Shown: positions 46,318-56,096 of the stretch, one piece after another | Position numbering within the stretch: the stretch's first letter is position 1 | Layout of the letters: the number at the start of each line of letters is the position of its first letter | Source of the DNA: Acidimicrobiia bacterium | Lineage (GTDB): Bacteria > Actinomycetota > Acidimicrobiia > Acidimicrobiales > JANYDT01 | Direction: 5' to 3' | NCBI GenBank assembly: GCA_031423635.1 | Contig: JANPFX010000077.1 | Span: 6,344 to 70,343, forward strand | Length of the DNA stretch: 64,000 bases | Notes under the pieces: model-generated | Told to the model about the DNA's origin: nothing | Seen by the model: the letters and a program-made list of their open reading frames with translations, nothing else | Databases searched by the model: none | Translations under genes and position numbers: made by a program

Positions 46318-47870
46318 AGCGGCACGTTCCCGTGCTTGCGCTTGGGCAGCTCTTCCTTCTTGGTGCGAAGGAACGCGAGCCCACGAGTGAGCATCTTGCG
46401 GGTATCGGCCGGGTCGATCACATCGTCGATGTAGCCCCGCTCCGCGGCGACGTAGGGGTTGGCGTAGAGCTCGGTGTACTCGTCGACCAGCTCGGCCCTC
46501 CGGGCGACCGGGTCGGAAGCGGCGTCGAGCTCGCGCTTGTACACAATGCCGACGGCACCCTGCGGACCCATCACGGCGAGTTCGGCCGACGGCCAGGCGA
46601 AGCAAAGATCCGAGCCGATCGACTTCGAGTCCATGACCACGTAGGCGCCGCCGTAGGCCTTGCGGGTGATGATGCTGATGCGGGGCACCGTGGCCTCGCA
46701 GTAGGCGTAGAGCAGCTTGGCGCCGTGACGGATGATGCCGCCGTATTCCTGATCTGTGCCGGGCATGAACCCGGGTACGTCGACGAAGGTGACGAGCGGG
46801 ATGTTGAACGCGTCGCACGTGCGGACGAATCGGCCGGCCTTCTCGGAGGAGTCGATGTCGAGCACACCCGCCATGACCATCGGCTGGTTGCCGACGATGC
46901 CCACCGGGTTCCCGTCGAGTCGGGCGAAGCCGCACACGATGTTCCCGGCCCACTTCGGGAAGTACTCGAAGAACTCCCCGTCGTCGACGACCTCGCGGAT
47001 GACCTTCTTCATGTCGTAGGGCCGGTTCGGCGAATCCGGGAGCATGGTGAGCAGGGCGTCGCAGCGTCGTTCAGGGTCGTCGTCGGAGGGACTGTGCGGC
47101 GGCGCCTCGAGGTTGTTCGACGGCAGGAAGGACAGGAGGAACCGGACGTCTTCGAGACACGACTGCTCGTCGGGGGACACGAACGTGGCCACACCCGACT
47201 TGGACGCGTGCGTCGATGCGCCGCCGAGTTCTTCGAGGGTGACCTCCTCACCGGTGACGGTCTTGACCACATCGGGCCCGGTGATGAACATGTGGCTGGT
47301 CTTGTCGACCATGAAGATGAAGTCGGTCATCGCCGGCGAGTAAACCGCACCGCCGGCACACGGCCCCATGATCACGCTGATCTGCGGGACGACGCCGGAC
47401 GACTTCACGTTGCGGAAGAAGATCGCACCGTAGGACGCGAGAGACACCACGCCTTCCTGGATGCGGGCACCTCCCGAGTCGTTCAGTCCAATCACCGGCA
47501 CGCCGACCGAGGTGGCGAGGTCCATGATCTTGGTGATCTTCTCTGCGAACACTTCACCGAGCGCTCCGCCGAACACGGTGAAGTCCTGGGCGAACACGGC
47601 GACCTTGCGTCCGTTGACCTCCCCCCAACCGGTGACGACACCGTCGGTGTAGGGCCGGTCGGCCTCGATCCCCATGCCGTGGGCGCGGTGCCGGGCGAGC
47701 ATGTCGAGCTCGACGAAGGTGTCGGGGTCGAGGAACACGGCGATGCGTTCGCGGGCGGTCAGCTTGCCCTTCGCATGCTGACGCTCGACGGAACGCTCCG
47801 ACCCGGCGTTGAGGGCTTGCTGGCGGCGCTCTTCGAGTTGCGCCAATCGCGTCGTCATCGGGAAATCCAT
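46314..47870 (-). CDS. pccB: acyl-CoA carboxylase carboxyltransferase beta subunit (propionyl-CoA carboxylase type)
   Basis: QHAKGKLTARERI, GPCAGGAVYSPA and two crotonase-like carboxyltransferase halves. Length is 518 aa. Confidence 0.9.
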   Translation of the reverse strand: MDFPMTTRLAQLEERRQQALNAGSERSVERQHAKGKLTARERIAVFLDPDTFVELDMLARHRAHGMGIEADRPYTDGVVTGWGEVNGRKVAVFAQDFTVFGGALGEVFAEKITKIMDLATSVGVPVIGLNDSGGARIQEGVVSLASYGAIFFRNVKSSGVVPQISVIMGPCAGGAVYSPAMTDFIFMVDKTSHMFITGPDVVKTVTGEEVTLEELGGASTHASKSGVATFVSPDEQSCLEDVRFLLSFLPSNNLEAPPHSPSDDDPERRCDALLTMLPDSPNRPYDMKKVIREVVDDGEFFEYFPKWAGNIVCGFARLDGNPVGIVGNQPMVMAGVLDIDSSEKAGRFVRTCDAFNIPLVTFVDVPGFMPGTDQEYGGIIRHGAKLLYAYCEATVPRISIITRKAYGGAYVVMDSKSIGSDLCFAWPSAELAVMGPQGAVGIVYKRELDAASDPVARRAELVDEYTELYANPYVAAERGYIDDVIDPADTRKMLTRGLAFLRTKKEELPKRKHGNVPL

Positions 47871-47931
47871 GGGCTGTAGAACCTACCGGCGCTTCATCAC
47901 CCTGAGCGAACCCGGTGCGCACGCACACAGT

Positions 47932-47996
47932 AGGAGAGAGGTTGCCCCCATAGATGGGGGCAGAACACCTCCCAATGCCGTTGGGAGGTGTTCTGC
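47932..47996 (-). repeat. modular intergenic repeat, copy 3 (minimal: A box - palindrome - hairpin)
   Basis: AGGAGAGAGGTTGCCCC at 47932-47948. GCCCCCATAGATGGGGGC at 47944-47961. GCAGAACACCTCC-n11-GGAGGTGTTCTGC at 47960-47996. Confidence 0.9.
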
Positions 47997-48088
47997 CGCA
48001 GAACTGTGCTTCCGGGGTTGACGCAAACCATGGTCGGATGTGTCATGGACCCGGCGGCGCCGACCCGGTCGTCGCCGTTCGTCACTCG

Positions 48089-48850
48089 TCAGCTGATGTC
48101 GTAGACCAACTGCACAGAGGCGCTGACCTCGTAGCTGCCGGCCTCGATCGGAACGTCGGCCGACCTCGTCTCCGCGGCCTTGAACTGCGGCTGCGGTCCG
48201 ACGCTGGATTCGACCGACGTGCGGATCGTCCGCAGTGCGCCCAGCTTGACGCCGGCGGCCTTGGTCAACTGCTCCGCCTGGGTGCGGGCATCGGCGACGG
48301 CCAACTCGCGCGCCCGGCCCTGGGCTTTCGACGGATCGCCGATGGCGAACGACAGGCCGTTGATACGGATGGCGTCGCCGGCGACTTTGGCCACGTCGTC
48401 GATCAGCGCCCCCGAAGTGTCGAGCTTGCGGATCGTCACGGTGATCGAGTTGTTCACCTGATAGGCGGTGATGCGACGGCCGGTGGCGTCGAACTGGGGA
48501 TAGATCGAGAGTCCACTGGTCTGGATGTCGCGGGCTTCGATCCCCTTCGACTTGAGCAGCTTGTTGACGGTGGTCGCTGAGTCGTTGTTGGACCTGAGTG
48601 CGTCAGCGACCCGGGCCGCCCTCGTCTCGACCCCGAGATTGAGGATCATGCGGTCGGGTGTCTCTGCGACGCGGCCAGTTCCGTCGACGATGATCGTGCG
48701 GCCGGGGGACTTCGATGACTCAGAGGTCGAAACGTTTGCTCCTGCCGGCTGGCCGGCGAATGCGAGACCGATGGCACCGACGGCGGCAAGTCCGATGGCG
48801 AGCAGGCTGCGGCGGCGGGTGGTGGCTGAGGTGAGGGATTGCATGTTCAT
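48089..48850 (-). CDS. SIMPL/DUF541-family secreted protein
   Basis: Signal MNMQSLTSATTRRRSLLAIGLAAVGAIGLAFA (RR-containing). The body resembles 26-kDa periplasmic immunogenic protein-like sequences. Confidence 0.7.
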   Translation of the reverse strand: MNMQSLTSATTRRRSLLAIGLAAVGAIGLAFAGQPAGANVSTSESSKSPGRTIIVDGTGRVAETPDRMILNLGVETRAARVADALRSNNDSATTVNKLLKSKGIEARDIQTSGLSIYPQFDATGRRITAYQVNNSITVTIRKLDTSGALIDDVAKVAGDAIRINGLSFAIGDPSKAQGRARELAVADARTQAEQLTKAAGVKLGALRTIRTSVESSVGPQPQFKAAETRSADVPIEAGSYEVSASVQLVYDIS

Positions 48851-48938
48851 GGCTCCTTCGACGAAGCGTCTCGGTCGTGAAGTTCCCCGGTGTGGCGACC
48901 TTCACAGCATCCTCACACCTGCGACCCGAGGACCTGGT

Positions 48939-49826
48939 TCAACCCCCGACGCGTGAGGCCAGGTGGGTGGCGCGGCGGAACAGGTTGGGTGCATCGATCG
49001 ACGCCGCCAGAGCCTCGAACCCCGGTGTCGGACCATGCCAACGGAGATCGTCGACCCCGCCGGGAAGAGTGACCGCGTCGAGCCGCACCGTCGCGATGGT
49101 GCGGAACAGCAGCGCGTCGGCGATGTTCTGGACCAAGGTGGCGGCCAGCTTCGGGGCGCTCCGAAGGCCCGGGACGTCCCATTGGCCGGCGTAGAGCGGA
49201 ATCTCCTCGAGCTTCCCGTAACGGGCCAGCACCGCTGCGGTCGACTTGGCACCCCAGCCGGCCAGGCCCGGGTAGCCGTCGGCGGTGTCGCCGACCAGCC
49301 CGAGGTAGTCCGGGATCGAGGTCGGGTCGACCCCGAACTTCGCCCGGACAGCGGCGTCGTCGAGGATCTCGCGCTTGCGACGGTCGAACTGGACGACCCG
49401 GCTCCCTCGAACGCATTGGCCGAGATCCTTGTCCGGCGTGCAGATCAACACCTGCTCCACTCGTGGATCGGCTTCGGCGATCGCGGCACCCGCGGCCAAG
49501 GCGTCGTCGGCCTCGAACTCGACCATCGCCCACACGACGACCCCCATCGCGCGAAGCGCGTCTTCGAGCGGATGGGCTTGACTCCAAAGGGTCGGGTCGA
49601 TGCCCTCGCCCGTCTTGTACCCCGCATAGAGGTCGTTTCGGTAGGACTCGATGACGTGGTCGGTGGCGACGGCGAGGTGGGTGGCTCCGTCCTCGATCAG
49701 GTCGAGCATGCTTCCGAGGACGCCACGCATCGCTCCGGTCTCGCGTCCGTCCGCGGTGACGTGTGACGGAAGGGCGAAGAAGTAACGGAAGAGTTCGTAG
49801 GTGCCGTCGACGAGGTGAACGCGCAT
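48939..49826 (-). CDS. 5'-3' exonuclease (FEN/PIN-like + H3TH)
   Basis: MRVHLVDGTYELFRYFFA, EADD acidic cluster, DKDLGQ, and IPDYLGLVGDTADGYPGLAGWG (H3TH). Length is 295 aa. Confidence 0.8.
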   Translation of the reverse strand: MRVHLVDGTYELFRYFFALPSHVTADGRETGAMRGVLGSMLDLIEDGATHLAVATDHVIESYRNDLYAGYKTGEGIDPTLWSQAHPLEDALRAMGVVVWAMVEFEADDALAAGAAIAEADPRVEQVLICTPDKDLGQCVRGSRVVQFDRRKREILDDAAVRAKFGVDPTSIPDYLGLVGDTADGYPGLAGWGAKSTAAVLARYGKLEEIPLYAGQWDVPGLRSAPKLAATLVQNIADALLFRTIATVRLDAVTLPGGVDDLRWHGPTPGFEALAASIDAPNLFRRATHLASRVGG

Positions 49827-49919
49827 GCCTGTAGTTTGGGCGCGTTCGGCGTCGCCGCGCGCCGAAGAATTTGTGCGGGGCGTTTCGTCCAGCACCCTTC
49901 GGGTACCGAACCTCACCGT

Positions 49920-51269
49920 ATGAATGCGCAGCAACACCTGTCGTTCGCAGATCGAGTGGAGACGAACGAGCGGTTCCGGCAACCCATTACGGCGTCGCGC
50001 ATCCTGTCCACGATGGAAGCTGATCCCCATTTGGCGCAGATGCTCATCGACGCCGATCTGATCGTCCTTTGGGCCTCGGCCGGAATCAGAACGCTGCTCG
50101 GTCACGAGCCGGGAGATGTCGTGGGCCGGCCGGCCTACGAGTTCGTGCACCCCGACGACCTCTCGGTCATCCTCGAGGCCACGCAGCTTGCGATCGCTGA
50201 CCCACGCTCGTCGAAACGGCGCCAGAACGGCTCCGGGATGCGTCACACGATCGACGTCCGCATCCGTTCGCATGACGGCTGGAAGCTGCTGACCATGCGC
50301 GCCGTGGCGGGATACGGCGAGTCGGATTTCAACGCGATGTTCGTGACGCTCTCCCTGCCGGATGCCCACCGCACGCTGCTCGAGGCGATGCAGGCCGTCG
50401 CCTCACATGCCCCGCTCGTCGATTCCCTGGAGACGTTGCTGAGCGCGATTTCTCGTTCGGGAGAGGGTCAGACGGTCGGGGCGTTCGTGGACGAACGGGG
50501 CGATGTTGTGGCCGCGTCGCGGGGCGTTCGGACCACCGACGACCCGGCGACGCGACCGTGGGGCCAGCTGGCGGCCGGTCGGGCGACGTGGACGGTGGAT
50601 GTGCCGTTCGCCGGCGCCTCCGACGCGAGCGAACGGATGCTCGGGCGGTGGACGCTGCACCTGCTCTCGGCGAACAACGCAGTCCACCCCGTCGACGCCT
50701 TCGTCGCCAAGAAGGTGGCGTCGTTGGCAACCCTGGCGATCGAGTCGTCGAACGCGCGTCGTCGGCTGTCCGAGTTGGCTCGCACCGACGACCTGACCGG
50801 GATCAGCAACCGACGGGCATTTCAGGAGGCGCTCGCCGCCATTGGTGAGGATGAGGTCGTCACCACGCTCATCCTCGATCTCGATCGTTTCAAGTCGGTC
50901 AACGACACCCACGGGCACCACGTGGGCGACGCCGCGCTGATCGAAGTGGCAATGGCGCTTGCCTCCTCCCTCGGTCCGAACGACGTCGCCGCCCGCCTCG
51001 GTGGAGACGAGTTCGGCGCCGTGATCCGCGGATCGAAGTCGGAGCGCAACACGACCGTTGCCCGGCTCCGCGGACGGCTGCACAACGTCCCGGTTCCCCA
51101 CACGGAGGGCGTCGTGCACGTGAACGCCTCGATCGGTGAGGCCGAGCACATCGGCGGTGATCCCCTGAAGACGCTGCGTCTCGCCGACGAGAGGCTGCTG
51201 CGGGCGAAGTCCTCCAAGCCCGGGCCGAAATCATCGACCCGGGGTCGGCGTCGGTTTCGCGACGCGTGA
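49920..51269 (+). CDS. PAS-like sensor diguanylate cyclase (GGDEF)
   Basis: PAS-like N-terminus (LIVLWASAGIRTLLGHEPGDVVGRPAYEFVHPDD). Cyclase core DDLTGISNRRAF...DLDRFKSVNDTHGHHVGD...RLGGDEFG. Confidence 0.85.
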   Translation: MNAQQHLSFADRVETNERFRQPITASRILSTMEADPHLAQMLIDADLIVLWASAGIRTLLGHEPGDVVGRPAYEFVHPDDLSVILEATQLAIADPRSSKRRQNGSGMRHTIDVRIRSHDGWKLLTMRAVAGYGESDFNAMFVTLSLPDAHRTLLEAMQAVASHAPLVDSLETLLSAISRSGEGQTVGAFVDERGDVVAASRGVRTTDDPATRPWGQLAAGRATWTVDVPFAGASDASERMLGRWTLHLLSANNAVHPVDAFVAKKVASLATLAIESSNARRRLSELARTDDLTGISNRRAFQEALAAIGEDEVVTTLILDLDRFKSVNDTHGHHVGDAALIEVAMALASSLGPNDVAARLGGDEFGAVIRGSKSERNTTVARLRGRLHNVPVPHTEGVVHVNASIGEAEHIGGDPLKTLRLADERLLRAKSSKPGPKSSTRGRRRFRDA

Positions 51270-51373
51270 ACCGGACGGGCCGATCGCCCTGTCCGGTGGG
51301 TTGATCGACCTTTTTCCGCCGGTGGTGCGCGAGAGAAGGTCCACCGACCGCCCTTCGTGGTCGATAGACGGAC

Positions 51374-53059
51374 ATGGCGTTTCGTCGGTCTTGTTCCCTT
51401 GTTCTCTTCAGCGCGTTGCTCGCGTCCTCCGCGGTCTTCGGGTCGTCGGATGCGACAGCGGCCGGACCAAATGGTCAGAAGGAGTTCTTCGCCGACACCT
51501 TCGGCGATCCGCTCGACTATGCGAACGGTGAGGACGTCGCCCTTGTCGACGAGGCTCTGATCGTCGGCGTCGCCGAGAAACCGACGCTGTCCGAAGGTCA
51601 GTTGCACCTGAAGTTCAACGGTCTCGGCTATTTCTCCCCCTTGTGGGGTGGCTATGACGTCGGTGGCCACGCCATGGGCAGCGACGCCGTCGGACATGAC
51701 CGGGAAGGCAATGCCCGCCGCCTCGACGGTAACGAGTACACGACCTTCCGGGTGCGCATGAACGTCAGCGGCGCAGTCGGTGCCGGCATCTTCTTCTACA
51801 CCTGCACGGCCGGTGTCAACGATGGCTGTCAGAGCGGCGTCCAGTTCGTGACGGAGCCCGGTTGGCGGGTCTATCAAGCCGACGTGCCGAAAGCGTCGGT
51901 CTCGGGGATCCGGGTGGCGATCAGCGGCAACGTCAACGTCGACGTCGACTGGGTCCAGGTTCTCGGTCCGAACAAAGGCAATACGACGATCGACAACGCG
52001 CTCGTCGGACCCGTTCCGGAGGTGCTCAATCCCGATGCTGCTGGCGCCATCCCGCTCCTGTTCCCGCTCGGTGGACGTCCGATCGCCTACACCGGGACGA
52101 ATTGTGTGAACAACGACTGGGCGACGCGGGTCCGCGGCGACGCCTGGGACTTCGCCCAGAAGACCGACGTGGACAAGGTCGACAACTACGCCTCGTGGGA
52201 CGTGGCCAACGGTCAGTTCAACGGCATCGGCATGACCGCGCCGAACGGCGGTGCGCCGGGCGATCCGGGCATCCGACTGGCGCTGCAGGGGCGCACAGTG
52301 AACCCTGCCGTGTGGCATCGCACCACACTCATCGTCCCGTTCTGGGACGGTCGCTACAGCCAGGAGTTCGGCAACGACGGCGGCTGGGTCTTCCGGACGA
52401 TCTGGAAGTTCGTGGGCAACGAACGCTTCCAGGAGTCGGCCCCGATCGTCGAGTACCCGAACGACACCACGATCAGCGTCGACCTCAACGACCCCACGCC
52501 GTTCGACGGCAGCGAGCCGCCGCCGTTGAACATCAACGACACCACCTCGAAGGGGCAGCTCGGCTGGAGCCGCCCCGGGCTGCGGGTGAAGACGTTCCGG
52601 GTGGACATCGCCGAGCCGTACAAACCGCGTCAGACACCGGTCGATCACGTGTGGCTGTCAACCGATGACTGCGGCGTGTCCTCCGCCGACATCGTGTTCC
52701 AGGACAACAACCCGGGAGACGGCACCACCGCCGAGATCCTCGCCGCGCAGTCACCGAAGGGGCCATGGGATCGCATCGGGTCTGCGCCGGTCTCGCGCGG
52801 GCTGAATTCGTGGACCTGGACGAACGCGCCAAAGGGCACTTGGTGGATCAAGGTCGGAATGACGCGGGGTGCGACGTATGGCGAGAACATGTCGACGGGT
52901 CCGGTCACGATCGGGACGGATTTCAGCGACGTGATCAAGGCGGAGGCAGCCGCCGGCGGAGCGGGCCAGTCGGTGCTGGCATTGCGTGCACCGGGTGGTG
53001 CGGCGAACGGACCGAAGACCGTCCCGCCGAAGTCCAAGGCCCGGCGCAAGAAGCCCTGA
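51374..53059 (+). CDS. secreted hypothetical protein (561 aa)
   Basis: Signal peptide MAFRRSCSLVLFSALLASSAVFGSSDATAA. The body is beta-rich and Trp/Asn/Gly-rich, with a basic tail PKSKARRKKP. No family recognised. Confidence 0.6.
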   Translation: MAFRRSCSLVLFSALLASSAVFGSSDATAAGPNGQKEFFADTFGDPLDYANGEDVALVDEALIVGVAEKPTLSEGQLHLKFNGLGYFSPLWGGYDVGGHAMGSDAVGHDREGNARRLDGNEYTTFRVRMNVSGAVGAGIFFYTCTAGVNDGCQSGVQFVTEPGWRVYQADVPKASVSGIRVAISGNVNVDVDWVQVLGPNKGNTTIDNALVGPVPEVLNPDAAGAIPLLFPLGGRPIAYTGTNCVNNDWATRVRGDAWDFAQKTDVDKVDNYASWDVANGQFNGIGMTAPNGGAPGDPGIRLALQGRTVNPAVWHRTTLIVPFWDGRYSQEFGNDGGWVFRTIWKFVGNERFQESAPIVEYPNDTTISVDLNDPTPFDGSEPPPLNINDTTSKGQLGWSRPGLRVKTFRVDIAEPYKPRQTPVDHVWLSTDDCGVSSADIVFQDNNPGDGTTAEILAAQSPKGPWDRIGSAPVSRGLNSWTWTNAPKGTWWIKVGMTRGATYGENMSTGPVTIGTDFSDVIKAEAAAGGAGQSVLALRAPGGAANGPKTVPPKSKARRKKP

Positions 53060-53123
53060 TCCGGCGCGAAACGGCGCGGGCGGCCGCCACACTGGTCGGG
53101 TGCGAGAACCGGCTCCCGAACAG

Positions 53124-53813
53124 ATGGCGTTCACCGGGCGACCCTCCGGTGATCGCGCCGCTCGGAGCTTCACCATTCGCCGCGGCCGCCGCGGCCCCCA
53201 GAAGGAACATGCACTTGCGGTGCTGGTCCCGAAGCTGAGCGTCGTCGTCGGGCCTTCGGTCATCGATCCGTCCGTCGTGTTTGCCCGCGACGCACCGTTG
53301 CTCATCGACATCGGCTTCGGCGCCGGCCACACGACGCTGGCTCTCGCCGAGACGCACCCAGAGGCGAACGTTCTCGGCATAGAGACCCACGAGAACGGCC
53401 TGGCGATGCTGGCCCACGAGCTCGATCAGCGGGCGATCACCAACGTTCGCATGGTGTGTGCGGACGCCTTCGACGTGATCGACGTCATGATCCCGAAGCA
53501 AAGCGCGCGGATCATTCAGTTGGTGTGCCCCGATCCGTGGCCGAAGATCAACCAGTCGCACCGACGTCTGTTCGACGCCAACTTCGCTCGGATGCTCGCC
53601 GAACGACTCGTCATCGGTGGCGAGCTACGGCTGGCCACTGACTGGGAGCCGTACGCCGAACAGATGGCTGCGATCATCGACCGGGAGCCGCTGCTCGAGA
53701 ACGTCTTCGACCGCTTCGCCCCACCGCACCCGGAGCGACCGGTGACGAAGTACGAGCGTAAGGGGCTCGCCGCCGGTCGTTCGATGAGCGACCTGCTGGC
53801 GCGCCGAGTCTGA
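53124..53813 (+). CDS. trmB: tRNA (guanine46-N7)-methyltransferase
   Basis: LIDIGFGAGHTT SAM motif, CPDPWPK and RLATDW segments. Start at MAFTGRPSG. Confidence 0.85.
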   Translation: MAFTGRPSGDRAARSFTIRRGRRGPQKEHALAVLVPKLSVVVGPSVIDPSVVFARDAPLLIDIGFGAGHTTLALAETHPEANVLGIETHENGLAMLAHELDQRAITNVRMVCADAFDVIDVMIPKQSARIIQLVCPDPWPKINQSHRRLFDANFARMLAERLVIGGELRLATDWEPYAEQMAAIIDREPLLENVFDRFAPPHPERPVTKYERKGLAAGRSMSDLLARRV

Positions 53814-53875
53814 CGATTCCAAACAGGATCCCGATCCGGCGCGCCGCCGATGGGCGCGCCCCGGGCCCGATCCGC

Positions 53876-54319
53876 TCAGTGCGCCGGTCCGTTGTCCTGG
53901 ACCAGCTCGACGAGGGTGCCGAAGGTCGTCTTCGGGTGGATGAAGGCGACGGTCGTCCCGCGTGAGCCCGGGCGTGGCGCGTCGTCGATGGCTCGGCCTC
54001 CGGCCGCTTTGACGGCGGCGAGGGCGACCGCGCAGTCGGCGACTCGGTAGCCGATGTGGTGCAGACCTTCCCCCTTCTTCTCAAGGTACTTCGCCACCGG
54101 TGAATCAGGACGTGTCGGCGTGAGCAATTGGATGTAGCTCTCGGCCACCTTCAGGAGCGCCTCTTCGACTCCGTCGCTCTCGACCACCTCGCGGTGGTCG
54201 ACCGTCGCGCCGTAGACCTCGGCGTAGTAGGCGATTGCGCCTTCGAGGTCGTGGACGGCGATAGCGACGTGGTCGATCTCGGTCAGCAGGCCGGCGGACG
54301 AGGGCGGGGCAGAGCTCAT
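53876..54319 (-). CDS. methylmalonyl-CoA / ethylmalonyl-CoA epimerase (VOC family)
   Basis: IDHVAIAVHDLEGAIAYY, GEGLHHIGYRV and FIHPKTTFGTLVELV. Length is 147 aa. Confidence 0.8.
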   Translation of the reverse strand: MSSAPPSSAGLLTEIDHVAIAVHDLEGAIAYYAEVYGATVDHREVVESDGVEEALLKVAESYIQLLTPTRPDSPVAKYLEKKGEGLHHIGYRVADCAVALAAVKAAGGRAIDDAPRPGSRGTTVAFIHPKTTFGTLVELVQDNGPAH

Positions 54320-54373
54320 GGCTCCAGTCTTCTTTCGATCGCGCGGGTGCGGCAAACCATGCCCGGAAGTGCG

Positions 54374-54520
54374 GCAGAACACCTCCGAGCGCCGTTGGGA
54401 GGTGATTAGCCCCCATATATGGGGGCAACCTCTCTCCCAGTGCTACGGCCACTCGTGTTGCGAGCAGTCGAGCGAAGCGAGCGGCGCAGCGCCAGGGAGG
54501 GGAGGGGCAACCTCTCTCCC
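54374..54520 (+). repeat. modular intergenic repeat, copy 4 (hairpin - palindrome - A box - 65-nt segment - A box)
   Basis: Hairpin 54374-54410 with a decayed right arm. GCCCCCATATATGGGGGC at 54409-54426. GGGGCAACCTCTCTCCC at 54422-54438 and 54504-54520. Same 48-nt core as copy 1. Confidence 0.9.
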
Positions 54521-54532
54521 AAAGACCCGCAG

Positions 54533-55894
54533 TCAGGTGGCGTGGCGGAAGCGGTTGAGGGCGGGTTCGCCGATCTTGGCGCGGAACTCCGGGTCGTCGA
54601 TGCCCATGCCCTCCCGAGGGGCCAGGCACAGCACGCCGATCTTTCCCTCGTGCTGGTTGTGGTGGACGGCGTAAGCCGCCTCGCCGGTCGTGTCCATCGT
54701 GTGGACTGCTGACACCATCGGGTGGATCTTTCCCTGGCAGATCAGCTTGTTGGCGGCGTAGGACTCGGCGTAGTTGGCGAAGTGCGAGGACCTGATCGAC
54801 TTGAGCTTCATCCACAGGTGCCGGTTGTCGTACTCGATCATGTAGCCCGATGTCGCCGCGCACGTGATGATCGTCCCGCCCTTCTTGGCCATGTACACCG
54901 ACGCCCCCATGGTCGATCGGCCCGGGTGTTCGAACACGATGTCGGGGTCCTCGCCGACGAGCGCTCGCACGTCGGCGCCGAGGCGACGCCACTCCTTTTC
55001 GTCCTGAGTGTGGGGGTCCGACCAGAACCGGTAGTTGGCCGCCTTGCGGTCGATGACTGCTTCGCAGCCCATGGCGCGGAGGATCGCCGCCTTCTCCGGG
55101 GACGACACCACCCCGACGGGGACGCCGCCGCCGTTGAGCACGTACTGGATGGCGTAACCGCCGATGCCGCCGGTGGCGCCCCACACGAAGACGACGTCTC
55201 CCTGCTTCATCTGCGCGCCGTTGCGGCTCACCAGCATCCGGTAGCTGGTGGAGTTGCACAGAGCGTTCGACGCCGCCTCCTCCCAGCTGAGGTGACGGGG
55301 CTTGGGCATCAACTGGTTCGCTTTCACCACGGCGATCTCGGCGAGTCCGCCAAAATTGGTTTCGAAGCCCCAGATGCGCTGATTCGATCCGAGCATCGAG
55401 TCGTCGTGCGAGGACGGGTCCTGGTCGTCGACGTGGTTGCAGTGGATCGTGACCCGGTCGCCGACCTTCCAATTGCGAACGGCCGAGCCGACCCGCAGAA
55501 CGACACCTGCGCCGTCCGAACCGACCACGTGATAGGGCAGGGCATGTCGCTTTCCCCATTCGCCCTCTCGGCCGAGGCGGTCGAGGAAGCCGAACGTCGG
55601 CATCGGTTCGAAGATCGACGTCCACACGGTATTGAAGTTGATCGAACTGGCCATCATCGCCACATACGCTTCGTCCGGCGCAAGGTCGGGTAACGCAACG
55701 TCCTGCACGTGGAGGCTTTTGCGGGGATCTTTGTCCTCCGAGCGGAGCCCCTCGAACATCGCCGCGTCCTCCCGCCGCACGACGACGGCCCGGTAGCTCT
55801 CGGGAAGCGTGAGTGCTGCGAAATCCCCGGCGGGCGCGCCGGCCTCGACGAGGTCGACGATCGATTGTCCGAACGGCGTCTGGTTGCTTTGCAT
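54533..55894 (-). CDS. ccr: crotonyl-CoA carboxylase/reductase
   Basis: 453-aa MDR-family protein with CCR-typical segments WGFETNFGGLAE, VFVWGATGGIGGYAIQ and HEGKIGVLCLAP. Confidence 0.85.
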   Translation of the reverse strand: MQSNQTPFGQSIVDLVEAGAPAGDFAALTLPESYRAVVVRREDAAMFEGLRSEDKDPRKSLHVQDVALPDLAPDEAYVAMMASSINFNTVWTSIFEPMPTFGFLDRLGREGEWGKRHALPYHVVGSDGAGVVLRVGSAVRNWKVGDRVTIHCNHVDDQDPSSHDDSMLGSNQRIWGFETNFGGLAEIAVVKANQLMPKPRHLSWEEAASNALCNSTSYRMLVSRNGAQMKQGDVVFVWGATGGIGGYAIQYVLNGGGVPVGVVSSPEKAAILRAMGCEAVIDRKAANYRFWSDPHTQDEKEWRRLGADVRALVGEDPDIVFEHPGRSTMGASVYMAKKGGTIITCAATSGYMIEYDNRHLWMKLKSIRSSHFANYAESYAANKLICQGKIHPMVSAVHTMDTTGEAAYAVHHNQHEGKIGVLCLAPREGMGIDDPEFRAKIGEPALNRFRHAT

Positions 55895-56096
55895 AGATGC
55901 ACGGTAGGTCGTGCATATTCATGATTTCCATTCAGCCCCGCCCGGCGTCGCCCGGTCGGACGACAGTCGGGCCGGTCGTCGACCCGGTTGGCGAGTCGCC
56001 GATGTTCGGGCCAGACTTCGCCTGCACGCCCATGATGCCCGTGGACGCGTTCTCGCCACGGTTGCATTCCGTGGCGACCTACGAAGAGGAGCTCCC

